A DNA stretch of 51,691 bases from a phage. The translations under genes were made by a program, and so were the position numbers. Location: sequence record OZ346160.1. The stretch is one strand, 5' to 3'. Position 1 is the stretch's first letter. Every line of letters begins with the position of its first letter. A model generated the notes under the pieces. The model worked only from the letters and a program-made list of their open reading frames with translations, was not told the DNA's origin and made no database searches. Positions 37,377 through 45,539 of the stretch are shown one piece after another.

Positions 37377-37759
37377 AGATATTTGCCCTCAAACAGATAA
37401 CAGCCGCCAGCAGAGAATCCGACCTCTTCACGGTACAGGTTCCAGCGATCGCCGCACTCATCAAAAACATAACCCGCAACGCTTCCAAGCGGTCGCCCTT
37501 TCTCGATCTGGTATCGCTTGCCCTGCTTAAAGTGCTTTTTGCACGGCATGTTATGATCTACAAACGTGCAAAGAACGGTTTTTGTGTTAATGGCGCGGTA
37601 ATCATCTCGGTTTGCTGGAAGCCAGCGGCTACCCTTAACAAGCGTCTTAACCTGGAACTCTTCCACCTCGATCACATCATCACTTCCTGCAATCTTCTGA
37701 TAAACCGTTTTAAAACGTCCTTTCATCAATACGTTGGTTTCATTACAGATAACATTCAT
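37373..37759 (-). CDS. hypothetical protein (Cys/His-containing)
   Basis: 128 aa; cassette 37789..37833 upstream. Confidence 0.5.
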   Translation of the reverse strand: MNVICNETNVLMKGRFKTVYQKIAGSDDVIEVEEFQVKTLVKGSRWLPANRDDYRAINTKTVLCTFVDHNMPCKKHFKQGKRYQIEKGRPLGSVAGYVFDECGDRWNLYREEVGFSAGGCYLFEGKYL

Positions 37760-37788
37760 GATCAGATCTCCTTTGTTTGTTCGGTGTG

Positions 37789-37833
37789 ATTATGCCAGGT
37801 TTTTACACCTGGCTTTTAACAAAAAGTGCTATT
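37789..37833 (-). promoter_or_regulatory. cassette copy
   Basis: Consensus motif overlapping methyltransferase stop; hairpin CCAGG..CCTGG; CATAAT at 40-45. Confidence 0.55.
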
Positions 37834-38539
37834 TTGAGTTTGACTCAAAGACGGCGCGAGCAAATCCGCGCGGAGTGAGGGAGCGGATCATCTTTGTGCG
37901 CGATGACTTACCGCCAGTTTTGGCCCAGCCTGGATTATCTTTGTCTTCCTCTTTCGGCAGGATTAAAGCGCGCGGAGGAATAACAAAGCCGTTGCCAGTC
38001 CAGAGGCACGTTTTCTTAAAATAGCGATCCCGTGCCGGAATAATATCAGGGAAGTCGGGATGTTTATCATCTTCCGGCAGATAGCCAGCGTAATCGCACG
38101 GATGGAACGTATAATCAGGCTTTCGCCATAACGTTGACAACTTGCCAACCGGATTTTCGATCATGTAAGGAACACCGAAATAATCAGCTATATCAGCCGC
38201 GATTCTGCAAGTGTCGGCGGCCTCATCCTGGAAAGATGGATTCTCAAGGCGTTTTTTGGCCCAATGGCGAGATCCGCTATTTGCAAGGTCGGTGCATGGT
38301 GGGAAGGCCATAATAAAATCAGGATTGCCCCACTCATTATTGATTGCCTTAACATAAAAAGCATCGTCAATCCAGACGTTAACGTATTCGATATTCTCAT
38401 GCTGTATGCGCACTGACTGGTAATCACCGTGATCGCCGCCGTCAGCATTAAAGCAAATGCACTTATAGCCATTATCAGCCCAATCTTTAACGGCTTTACC
38501 AGATCCATCAAATAGGGAGAATATTAAACCTTTATACAT
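37829..38539 (-). CDS. DNA (cytosine-5)-methyltransferase
   Basis: Start at MYKGLIFSLFDGSG (motif I FxGxG); PC motif FPPCTDLA (catalytic Cys); ENV motif MIENPVG. Confidence 0.75.
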   Translation of the reverse strand: MYKGLIFSLFDGSGKAVKDWADNGYKCICFNADGGDHGDYQSVRIQHENIEYVNVWIDDAFYVKAINNEWGNPDFIMAFPPCTDLANSGSRHWAKKRLENPSFQDEAADTCRIAADIADYFGVPYMIENPVGKLSTLWRKPDYTFHPCDYAGYLPEDDKHPDFPDIIPARDRYFKKTCLWTGNGFVIPPRALILPKEEDKDNPGWAKTGGKSSRTKMIRSLTPRGFARAVFESNSK

Positions 38540-38549
38540 CGTAATTACC

Positions 38550-38774
38550 TCAAAACGGAAAACAGCGCGCACAACCAGGATCGAAATCGCATCCACAATC
38601 ATTAACAATCATAGTGGGATCTGCAAATATTGCGCTTGATTCAAGATCCATATCCATATCACCTAAAGCCTCATCAAGAGTCTTAATTTTATATGCCACT
38701 TCAAGCGCCGCCTCTTTATTTAGTCCGGCATCTTCTGCCATTTGAAGGCGTTCAAAAAATCCGTCTTGACTCAT
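38550..38774 (-). CDS. hypothetical acidic protein
   Basis: 74-aa ORF; C-terminal Cys cluster CGCDFDPGCARC. Confidence 0.45.
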   Translation of the reverse strand: MSQDGFFERLQMAEDAGLNKEAALEVAYKIKTLDEALGDMDMDLESSAIFADPTMIVNDCGCDFDPGCARCFPF

Positions 38775-38887
38775 CGCATAATCTCCTTAATAACAACCAA
38801 GATAATAGCCAGGCCAGCAGCAGTAACCAAAAAGCCAGCCGCGCCAATAATCGAATAAAAAAAGAAATCAATAGCTTTATCCATCAT
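38771..38887 (-). CDS. small single-pass membrane protein (38 aa, not in ORF track)
   Basis: Hand-translated MMDKAIDFFFYSIIGAAGFLVTAAGLAIILVVIKEIMR; GAGGTG RBS; stop overlaps next start (ATGA); coordinates approximate. Confidence 0.35.
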   Translation of the reverse strand: MMDKAIDFFFYSIIGAAGFLVTAAGLAIILVVIKEIMR

Positions 38888-38904
38888 TTTTCACCTCATT
38901 TAAA

Positions 38905-38930
38905 AGGCGGCAAAACGCCGCCAGATTAAT
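38905..38930 (-). terminator. terminator-like hairpin (- strand)
   Basis: On - strand GGCGGCG-ttttg-CCGCC followed by TTTTAAAT. Confidence 0.35.
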
Positions 38931-39157
38931 TAAAGAGCGCGCCAACTTTGAATATAGAAAGCGTTTTCTTCCAGTAATTCTTTTACCTGATCTTTATTGT
39001 ATTTGCGCACCTTACCGCCTGGATGGATACCAATAAGATAGCCGCCTTTGCCCTCGGTGATAGTGATTTGGCTAATTCCGCAGGACTTATCAAGTTTTAC
39101 AGCCACGCGGTGATGAGCGTCAATAGTTGCCATAATGTTTAAAACTTTTGCTTTCAT
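38930..39157 (-). CDS. hypothetical protein
   Basis: 75-aa ORF with GAGGA RBS. Confidence 0.45.
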   Translation of the reverse strand: MKAKVLNIMATIDAHHRVAVKLDKSCGISQITITEGKGGYLIGIHPGGKVRKYNKDQVKELLEENAFYIQSWRAL

Positions 39158-39265
39158 TTAAATATCCTCAATTGAAATATGAATGACGTGGCGCTCTTTT
39201 TCCGTCGCCGCCGTAATGGTCATTTGCAACCGCCACCATCCAAGCGTTTTTGAAAATAAATAGCC

Positions 39266-39478
39266 TCATTTCTTATTTTTCAGCTTAAATTTATGACCTG
39301 GAACACCAGCGCCAATATACCCATCGTTGTATTCCATTAAATAAAGGTGAAGACCATTATCTGAAATTACATGAGGATCTTCTTTGAGATTTCCCATTAG
39401 TGGATATTCTTTTCCGCGCGTAAATTTCCAAATTGAGTTATAAGTTTCTACGCATTTAAGTTTTAATTGCTTTGCCAT
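39266..39478 (-). CDS. hypothetical protein
   Basis: 70-aa ORF from track. Confidence 0.45.
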   Translation of the reverse strand: MAKQLKLKCVETYNSIWKFTRGKEYPLMGNLKEDPHVISDNGLHLYLMEYNDGYIGAGVPGHKFKLKNKK

Positions 39479-39759
39479 TATGCGATCCCAGTTACGTTAA
39501 AACTTACAGCCCTTGTTGCGCTAAATACATAAGCATCAACAGCGCCGCCAAATACACGAATTTTACCCTGGCCGTACTGCGCATTCATATTTCGCCAAAC
39601 CGTTCTATTAGAGCAGAATGCGCTACCAGTCTTAATAAGCGTATCCATCTCTTTTCTTAGATCGCGATAGTCAAGCCAGAATCTAAAGGCGCGCTGTTTA
39701 ATTCGCGCCGCCTTGATTTTTTCTCTTGCGCTATTGAAATCATTCTTTTCGTATGCCAT
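39478..39759 (-). CDS. hypothetical protein
   Basis: 93-aa ORF, coupled to neighbours. Confidence 0.45.
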   Translation of the reverse strand: MAYEKNDFNSAREKIKAARIKQRAFRFWLDYRDLRKEMDTLIKTGSAFCSNRTVWRNMNAQYGQGKIRVFGGAVDAYVFSATRAVSFNVTGIA

Positions 39760-39956
39760 TAAATGATCTCCATGTATGTTTCAAAGCCATTTAACTTGAA
39801 CAGGCCGTTTTCACATTTGCGCACGTTCCAAGTTAGCCCTGAGTGGTACGCCTCCATATCATCAAGGTCAATGGTGATTTCAGCACCTTTCTTAAACAAA
39901 CCTTTTTCGTGAGACTTGTCACGCTGTACAACTTTAACATCAACTTGATTTTCCAT
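39759..39956 (-). CDS. hypothetical protein
   Basis: 65-aa ORF directly downstream of cassette 39988..40032 with GAGGA RBS. Confidence 0.45.
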   Translation of the reverse strand: MENQVDVKVVQRDKSHEKGLFKKGAEITIDLDDMEAYHSGLTWNVRKCENGLFKLNGFETYMEII

Positions 39957-39987
39957 TTTTAAATCCTCGTTCGTTGTCGATGCGCTT

Positions 39988-40032
39988 AATATACCAATCA
40001 GAGGCGCATCGGTTTTAACAAAAAGTGCTATT
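39988..40032 (-). promoter_or_regulatory. cassette copy
   Basis: Consensus motif; hairpin CGATGCGC..GCGCATCG with TATATT in loop. Confidence 0.5.
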
Positions 40033-40309
40033 CAACAACAGATCCAGTTAAAGAGATAAGCCGTCTTGTGATCTTTCGTCTACGATACTTACGCGCAACA
40101 ACCGGAAGATTTTCACCGCTTTGATGCCCAAAAGTGATCGGCAACTCTTCTCCTCCAGACATACCGAACTCAGTGTGTGTTGGTTTGTTCCGCCACCCCT
40201 GGATAAAGCCGAAACGGTCACGAGTTATGTACCTGTAGTTGTTAGGTAGGGGCAATTGTATCCCCTCAAAATCCACTGTGTCGGTGTAGCTGTAAAACTT
40301 AGAACTCAT
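40028..40309 (-). CDS. hypothetical protein
   Basis: Start taken at MSSKFYSY (track gives longer 40028..40360 ORF); the shorter start avoids overlap with the cassette-driven small ORF upstream. Confidence 0.4.
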   Translation of the reverse strand: MSSKFYSYTDTVDFEGIQLPLPNNYRYITRDRFGFIQGWRNKPTHTEFGMSGGEELPITFGHQSGENLPVVARKYRRRKITRRLISLTGSVVE

Positions 40310-40451
40310 AGTCAACAACTCCAAACTCGTTAACGATTTGCGCCTTGTAGAATCCGCCATTTTTCGCCAGGTTGTAACAAGCGGCTACGGTTTCAAATTC
40401 GCGCGCTTCCGGCTGGCTGTTTTCGTGTTCCCAGGTAATCAGAGTAACCAT
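40299..40451 (-). CDS. hypothetical small protein (50 aa, not in ORF track)
   Basis: Hand-translated MVTLITWEHENSQPEAREFE...; GAGGA RBS and leader nearly identical to cassette 40015 leader; coordinates approximate. Confidence 0.35.
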   Translation of the reverse strand: MVTLITWEHENSQPEAREFETVAACYNLAKNGGFYKAQIVNEFGVVDYEF

Positions 40452-40484
40452 TTTCAAATCCTCGCATTCGTTGTCGATGCGTGT

Positions 40485-40529
40485 AATGTACAGGAATACG
40501 AGGATTTAGTTTTAACAAAAAGTGCTATT
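40485..40529 (-). promoter_or_regulatory. cassette copy
   Basis: Consensus motif overlapping stop of 40529..40792; leader nearly identical to 39988..40032 copy. Confidence 0.5.
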
Positions 40530-40792
40530 TAGTCCAGGAATTCGATTTCACGCTCTCCAGTTAACGGATCCACAAGCCAGAATCCGAGCGCTTCGCCGTG
40601 AACACCGCCATAGAATCCAAGCGCAGTCAGATCTTCACCTTTAACGAATACCAGATTCCCGCTACGGCTTACGTGAGAAACGTTAACGATAACCGGAAAT
40701 GTGCGATCCTTAAATGCAGGCCGCAGGGCGTAACATCCGTTATTGAGCAAACGTGCTTTGCGCTTAACTGGAATAGGTGCATTAATTTTCAT
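40529..40792 (-). CDS. hypothetical protein
   Basis: 87-aa ORF with AAGGAG RBS. Confidence 0.45.
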   Translation of the reverse strand: MKINAPIPVKRKARLLNNGCYALRPAFKDRTFPVIVNVSHVSRSGNLVFVKGEDLTALGFYGGVHGEALGFWLVDPLTGEREIEFLD

Positions 40793-40799
40793 GGTTATT

Positions 40800-40880
40800 A
40801 CTCCTTATCGTAAAGATTTAAAGACGTATAGTTTATTGCGGTAACTATATATCCGCATTGTTATTTCTCGCAGTGCAATA
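40800..40880 (-). promoter_or_regulatory. degenerate cassette-like element
   Basis: ATTGCACTGCGAGAAATAACAATGC followed by hairpin GCGG..CCGC with TATATAGT in loop; upstream of gene 40529..40792. Confidence 0.3.
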
Positions 40881-41018
40881 TATTCCTTCCTGTTTTCCGG
40901 CAGACTGGCGAGCAATAACAGGCAGTATTTATAAGCGCGGTCAAGATTCCTTTCCGTGCCCCTGCAGTATCCCTTGTTGCGCCTGGAGCGGTACAGCCAT
41001 AACAATTTCTTTAACATT

Positions 41019-41228
41019 TCAGATACGCCCATACAGATCACAGACTTCATTGATAAAACAGCGTTGAGACTCTTTATCCTGCTTCTCAAACATCGCACGG
41101 CACTCATAGCGGTGATTATGCACGATGACAACAACCATATTTTCAGGCGCTGACGGGTGACGCGCGGAAGCATCGCAGATTGAAACATCCATACCCATCT
41201 CATGTGCTTTCTTGATCACATCCAACAT
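41019..41228 (-). CDS. hypothetical protein
   Basis: Start taken at MLDVIKK with AGGAG RBS (track 41019..41252). Confidence 0.4.
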   Translation of the reverse strand: MLDVIKKAHEMGMDVSICDASARHPSAPENMVVVIVHNHRYECRAMFEKQDKESQRCFINEVCDLYGRI

Positions 41229-41482
41229 TTTTTCTTCTCCTGCAATAAGCAAACATCATTGATAAAATCAGCGCGGCCCTTAATGTTGCTGATGTGGAAC
41301 GTCTTTTCAGCGTACAGGCCATCACCTTCAATCACGATCATTACGCGAGTCGGTTTATTCACGGGCGCACACGAAAAGAGTGGTCGCACCGGAAGAAATT
41401 TAGTAGCCACATCCAGGTTAGCCCTGGCGGCCCTGCAAAATGCCTCCGCCAGATCCAAATCATTTTCGGTAATCACCGCCAT
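41216..41482 (-). CDS. hypothetical protein
   Basis: 88-aa ORF; start overlaps upstream stop (TAATG). Confidence 0.45.
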   Translation of the reverse strand: MAVITENDLDLAEAFCRAARANLDVATKFLPVRPLFSCAPVNKPTRVMIVIEGDGLYAEKTFHISNIKGRADFINDVCLLQEKKKCWM

Positions 41483-41754
41483 TACTTCTTGATCTCCTCA
41501 CTGATAAATTTCAGCACCTGACGCAAGAAAACCTCGTTGTTGATAGTAGCTGGCAATTCTTCTTTCACTTCTTGCGGCAGATAGATATTGCCGTGCCAGG
41601 TCAAGCAATCGTAGTTGATACGATAAGAGCAAAGCCACTCGCAATCGTTATCTGCTTCCCAAATGCAGAGTTGCAGAACATCGCCAAAATCTTCAACAGT
41701 CAGATCCAGACCGTGACGCTTAGCGAAATTGAAAGTGGTTTTGCTGATGTTCAT
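41482..41754 (-). CDS. hypothetical protein
   Basis: 90-aa ORF downstream of cassette 41790..41834. Confidence 0.45.
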   Translation of the reverse strand: MNISKTTFNFAKRHGLDLTVEDFGDVLQLCIWEADNDCEWLCSYRINYDCLTWHGNIYLPQEVKEELPATINNEVFLRQVLKFISEEIKK

Positions 41755-41789
41755 TTACTATCTCCTGAGCGGTTCGTTTTGATGGGATA

Positions 41790-41834
41790 ACTATACCAGG
41801 TTATCCCGATCAGCTTTTAACAAAAAGTGCTATT
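41790..41834 (-). promoter_or_regulatory. cassette copy
   Basis: Consensus motif overlapping stop; hairpin GGGATAAC..GTTATCCC; TATAGT at 40-45. Confidence 0.55.
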
Positions 41835-42136
41835 TATTGTTTTGCGTGGCGCTCAATGTAAGCGCGGATAGTTTCAGCGGTGTCTTTCGCAGATCCAAAC
41901 GTGCCCTTTACATGGCGAGCGTCGCGGTAAGCCTGGAAGAATTTACGCGCGATATTTGCAAACATTGCACCAGTAACGCGAGCGTCGCCAAAATTTGTTT
42001 CAATGGCATTGCTGATGCCGTCCTGGAATTCATGCTCAGTCATGAACAGTTCAGCCATTTCTGCGGTTTCGAACAGGTCAGCCAGTGCTGCCATATTCTC
42101 GTGGTCTTTAGCGGTGAACAGGTTCATGTTAATCAT
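41834..42136 (-). CDS. hypothetical protein
   Basis: 100-aa ORF; first gene of - strand array, downstream of cassette 42177..42221. Confidence 0.5.
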   Translation of the reverse strand: MINMNLFTAKDHENMAALADLFETAEMAELFMTEHEFQDGISNAIETNFGDARVTGAMFANIARKFFQAYRDARHVKGTFGSAKDTAETIRAYIERHAKQ

Positions 42137-42176
42137 TGTTTGGTCCTCAGTAAGTGCGGTTCGTTTCGATGTGTGT

Positions 42177-42221
42177 AATGTACCCGATCAGGTGGCCTGA
42201 GTTTTAACAAAAAGTGCTATT
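42177..42221 (-). promoter_or_regulatory. cassette copy (first of - strand array)
   Basis: Consensus motif; TACATT at 40-45. Confidence 0.5.
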
Positions 42222-42251
42222 TGACGGTTATCGCCAGGATTGCGATCGAAA

Positions 42252-42339
42252 TAATCAAAAGCAATCATTCGTAATCAAATCACGTCAAAATGATGATTGC
42301 CTTTGCAAATTTGATGAGAAAAGTAATCACGCTTAATCA
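42252..42339. repeat. TAATCA iteron array with 10-bp periodicity
   Basis: TAATCA/CAATCA at 42252, 42262, 42272, inverted TGATTG at 42294, TAATCA at 42324 and 42334. Confidence 0.45.
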
Positions 42340-42499
42340 TTGGTTGCAGGGGAGATAGTGAAACCCTCCCCTCTTGCCTCACTTTTCCGCCTGGCTGTCA
42401 GTGGTTGTTATGTTACGTTCCCGCGTGTTCTTTTGTTGACCTTCCGCAAAATACGATAACAAAAAATAACAAACAATACCTATATAATACATTGAAAAA

Positions 42500-42770
42500 T
42501 AAGGATTATTTATTTATATGTATCTATATATTCTCTTTTGTTATCTTGGTTATTGTGGTATTTGGTGGGGGTATATAGTTTTTGTGTATCTATATGTGTG
42601 TATGGGTATGTAGGGGCATATATATCTATATGGCACTTTCCGCGAGAAAACTTCGATAACAAGCAATGATAACATTGATTTATAAGGAAAAATAACGCCC
42701 ATATTGTTATTGTGCCACCATATAAAATTGATAAAACACGCGGGAACAAGAAAAAACAGTTGACACATTA
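42500..42770. repeat. AT/TG-rich regulatory region, paralogue B
   Basis: Diverged direct repeat of 21490..21700; internal direct repeat TTCCGC..GATAACAA (about 42450..42680). Confidence 0.5.
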
Positions 42771-42788
42771 AATAGCATTATTGATAAT
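42760..42788 (+). promoter_or_regulatory. sigma70 promoter (start of + strand small-gene array)
   Basis: TTGACA (42760..42765) - 17 nt - GATAAT (42783..42788); AGGAGG RBS and ATG 42817 follow. Confidence 0.6.
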
Positions 42789-42816
42789 GCCCACACCTAA
42801 CAACCAGGAGGAAGAA

Positions 42817-43281
42817 ATGAGCGAGCAATCATTCACTGACACGCTGCGCCGTGCCGCTATTATGCTGGCTAATGGCGAGGAAGAGACGATCAAGATTCCT
42901 GACGCGTATTTGCAGGTCCACATGTTCGGCAAGAAGTCGGCAAGCAATCCGGCGGCCTACATTCGCCAGATCATGAGTCGAGTGCCAGAAGTCGCCGAGC
43001 GGGGGCGCGTATCCGTTACCCGTGGCGTTTACGGGCCGGAAGATGAAAACTTCGGTAGCACTTTCTACGAGGTAAGGATTGTTGAAGGCCGTCGCAAGGT
43101 TTACAACAAAGAGGCACTGGAAAGGGCAGTACGCCAGGCTAAGCGCAAGGTTGCAGAGGCGATCATTGATATGTCACCCAACCTGGCAAACTATGCGCCG
43201 GAAGAGTATGAAACATTATCAAAGGCCGTCGCTGACTTTCACGCGATGATCAAAAAAACTTTCCTGGAGGATGAGCAATGA
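42817..43281 (+). CDS. hypothetical protein
   Basis: Start MSEQSF with AGGAGG RBS; first gene after consensus sigma70 promoter. Confidence 0.5.
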   Translation: MSEQSFTDTLRRAAIMLANGEEETIKIPDAYLQVHMFGKKSASNPAAYIRQIMSRVPEVAERGRVSVTRGVYGPEDENFGSTFYEVRIVEGRRKVYNKEALERAVRQAKRKVAEAIIDMSPNLANYAPEEYETLSKAVADFHAMIKKTFLEDEQ

Positions 43282-43550
43282 AAAAGGCGTTAATCGGCGT
43301 TTTGGCGGCAATGGCATTCCTGACCGGATGCAAAGAAGATGGCGCGCATGTTGGCAATGTGCAGATGGCTAACCCTGGCGATGACTACAGCGTAAGGGAG
43401 CTATTCACCGCCGATGGTTGCACTGTTTACCGATTCTATGACGGTCGCACTGTTTACTTCACCAACTGCAAGGGCACTACTAGCTGGGAAGTGTCGAAAA
43501 GCAATGGCAAAGGCACGAAGACAGAACATATGACCGTCGAGACAAAATAG
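43278..43550 (+). CDS. small lipoprotein
   Basis: 90 aa; signal peptide with lipobox FLTGC; coupled (ATGA) to upstream gene. Confidence 0.55.
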   Translation: MKKALIGVLAAMAFLTGCKEDGAHVGNVQMANPGDDYSVRELFTADGCTVYRFYDGRTVYFTNCKGTTSWEVSKSNGKGTKTEHMTVETK

Positions 43551-43590
43551 CACTTTTTGTTAAAACGCCAGGCGCAAAGCCTGGCATAAT
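43546..43590 (+). promoter_or_regulatory. cassette copy
   Basis: Consensus motif overlapping stop; perfect hairpin GCCAGGC-gcaaa-GCCTGGC; CATAAT 43585..43590. Confidence 0.55.
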
Positions 43591-43622
43591 AGCCTCATCG
43601 AAACGAGATTGAGGAAACAAAA

Positions 43623-43808
43623 ATGGCACGTCGCATCACCAAAGACCTTAAAGTCCTGAACAAAGAAAACGTAGTTAAAATCCTGGTTATCTGGGGCTAC
43701 AACGAAGAAACAGCAAAGCAGAAGGTAGAGGCAGGTTATGACCTGGCTGTGAAAGCAATGCCAAACGACGACGCCAAAGGCATTGCAAACTATGTAGCTT
43801 TCTTTTAA
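43623..43808 (+). CDS. hypothetical protein
   Basis: 61-aa ORF about 75 nt downstream of cassette. Confidence 0.45.
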   Translation: MARRITKDLKVLNKENVVKILVIWGYNEETAKQKVEAGYDLAVKAMPNDDAKGIANYVAFF

Positions 43809-43823
43809 TTAGCAGGTGAATAA

Positions 43824-44009
43824 ATGAAAACGAAATTAGTCCATAAGTCAGAAATCAAGATCGGCGATACTGTGATTCACAACGGAGAGCTTAGAACGGT
43901 TGGCAAAGAGTCAATAAGCCACGATGAATTTATGGGGATCTTGTTGTTCGGTGACTCTTATCGTCTTGGTTACAAGATGGTTGAGCTTGTGGAAGAAGTG
44001 AAATTCTAA
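43824..44009 (+). CDS. hypothetical protein
   Basis: 61-aa ORF. Confidence 0.45.
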   Translation: MKTKLVHKSEIKIGDTVIHNGELRTVGKESISHDEFMGILLFGDSYRLGYKMVELVEEVKF

Positions 44010-44053
44010 ATAGCACTTTTTGTTAAAACTCAAAAACGATAACCAGGCATAAT
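44009..44053 (+). promoter_or_regulatory. cassette copy
   Basis: Consensus motif after stop TAA; CATAAT 44048..44053; hairpin GGGCG..CGCCC downstream. Confidence 0.5.
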
Positions 44054-44108
44054 AAATCACATAGGGCGGCACGGGGTCGCCCAGTTAAACCAATCAGGAG
44101 AAAGCACC

Positions 44109-45002
44109 ATGTTAAAACTTGCTGACATTAAATTCCCGATCACCTTCGAATCTCGCGGCATTGGTCATTACATTTTTACCGATGAAAAAACATGCCATAA
44201 GGTTGATATGAATAGCGACAAACTAAGCCCATCAACAATGGAGATTGAACACTTTATTGATGCACACAATACGCACTACCACGCCCTTAAAGACTATGGC
44301 TATGCAATGCCAGGCTACACATGTTTGCACTACAAGCCATATAAGGGCCAGGTGTTACCAGTGCGCTCACCGGAACGCGCAGAGATTCCGATGGTCCACA
44401 TGAAAACCTGCGACTACAAAAAGCTGTGGTGCTTAAGCGTGGATAATATCAAGTATCCGATCACGTTCCACACGACTGGTAAGTCAACGATTCGCTACAC
44501 ATCGCGCGACAATGGCGTTTATAGCGATGGCACGAAATCAGAGTTGAAAGTTGATTTCTTTGTCAACGGTCACAACAAATTCAATCCGCACAACGAAGAG
44601 GATAAAGTGTACTACGTGGAAGACATTACAAAACACTTGTTTGGAGAAACTCCATTCGGCGGCGGAAAGACGTCAATTCAAAAAATCATTGGCGAGGAGA
44701 TCCACAAAGCGGCTGCCGAAATGAAAGCGCCTGGAGGATGGCGTATTGATAAGAGCGCCTTTGCAAATCAAGAAATCGTAACGCAGGGCGCGATTGAAGA
44801 TATGCCAGTTGCAGCCACGCTAAAAGGAGTCCGGCTTGATGACGGCACCTGGTATGAATTAACGGCTACACCAAAGACGATCGAGATTCATGATGATGTT
44901 GTTATTCTCCTGCTTCACTATGGCGGCACTAAAAACCGGACTGTTGCGGGTGAGATCAGCATCAAGCGCGGAACGATGGTTAAGTGGAAGGTCAAAGTGT
45001 AA
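44109..45002 (+). CDS. hypothetical protein with internal tandem duplication
   Basis: 297 aa; repeated segment (LADIKFPITFESRG.. and VDNIKYPITFHTTG..). Confidence 0.5.
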   Translation: MLKLADIKFPITFESRGIGHYIFTDEKTCHKVDMNSDKLSPSTMEIEHFIDAHNTHYHALKDYGYAMPGYTCLHYKPYKGQVLPVRSPERAEIPMVHMKTCDYKKLWCLSVDNIKYPITFHTTGKSTIRYTSRDNGVYSDGTKSELKVDFFVNGHNKFNPHNEEDKVYYVEDITKHLFGETPFGGGKTSIQKIIGEEIHKAAAEMKAPGGWRIDKSAFANQEIVTQGAIEDMPVAATLKGVRLDDGTWYELTATPKTIEIHDDVVILLLHYGGTKNRTVAGEISIKRGTMVKWKVKV

Positions 45003-45045
45003 ATAGCACGAATTGTTAAAACTCAAATGTGGGGCCAGGTATAAT
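45002..45045 (+). promoter_or_regulatory. cassette copy (GAATTG variant)
   Basis: AATAGCACGAATTGTTAAAAC; hairpin GGGCC..GGCCC with TATAAT in loop (45040..45045). Confidence 0.5.
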
Positions 45046-45075
45046 GGCCCTACTTTCAACGAGAGGGGAAACGCG

Positions 45076-45303
45076 ATGGAAAGTTTAATCATCCAGAAAA
45101 AAATGAAGTGTGTCAGTGTAGCGCCAGGTTGCGGTTTTATGTTCACAGTGGGGCATATCTACTCCGCGCAGAAAATGAGAACATCAACCGGATCGTTTTA
45201 CGTCAATAACAATCAAGGATTCCGCATGTTCCTGAACGGTCAAAACGGCAACGAAATTTGCGCTTACGCAGACATTATCGCAACCTTTGAGGAAGTGAAA
45301 TAA
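45076..45303 (+). CDS. hypothetical protein (paralogue pair A)
   Basis: Start MESLII with RBS; C-terminal half similar to next gene (FLNGQNGNEI.. vs YLNGENGTEI..). Confidence 0.45.
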   Translation: MESLIIQKKMKCVSVAPGCGFMFTVGHIYSAQKMRTSTGSFYVNNNQGFRMFLNGQNGNEICAYADIIATFEEVK

Positions 45304-45539
45304 TGATCATCGAAAACAACTTTCTTTGCGTTAAGAGCAATCGACCATTCTTCACGCCTGGCAAGGTGTACCAGGGCAAGAAGGACACAAGAGATGGTCA
45401 CTCTTATCATGTTCACTGCAACAACGGATACAAGTTTTACCTTAACGGCGAGAATGGAACTGAGATTGTTGCTTTTGAAAACGTAGTTGCTGAGTTTGAG
45501 CAGCTTACAGACGCTGAATTTGAGGAAGTGAAAGAATGA
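45303..45539 (+). CDS. hypothetical protein (paralogue pair B)
   Basis: 78 aa; similar to preceding gene; coupled starts. Confidence 0.45.
   Translation: MIIENNFLCVKSNRPFFTPGKVYQGKKDTRDGHSYHVHCNNGYKFYLNGENGTEIVAFENVVAEFEQLTDAEFEEVKE

Noticed and set aside
40805-41203. 132-aa - strand ORF overlapping gene 41019..41228
   Set aside because: Arg/Cys/Leu-rich composition, overlaps a better-supported gene in another frame, and its downstream part covers a degenerate cassette-like element
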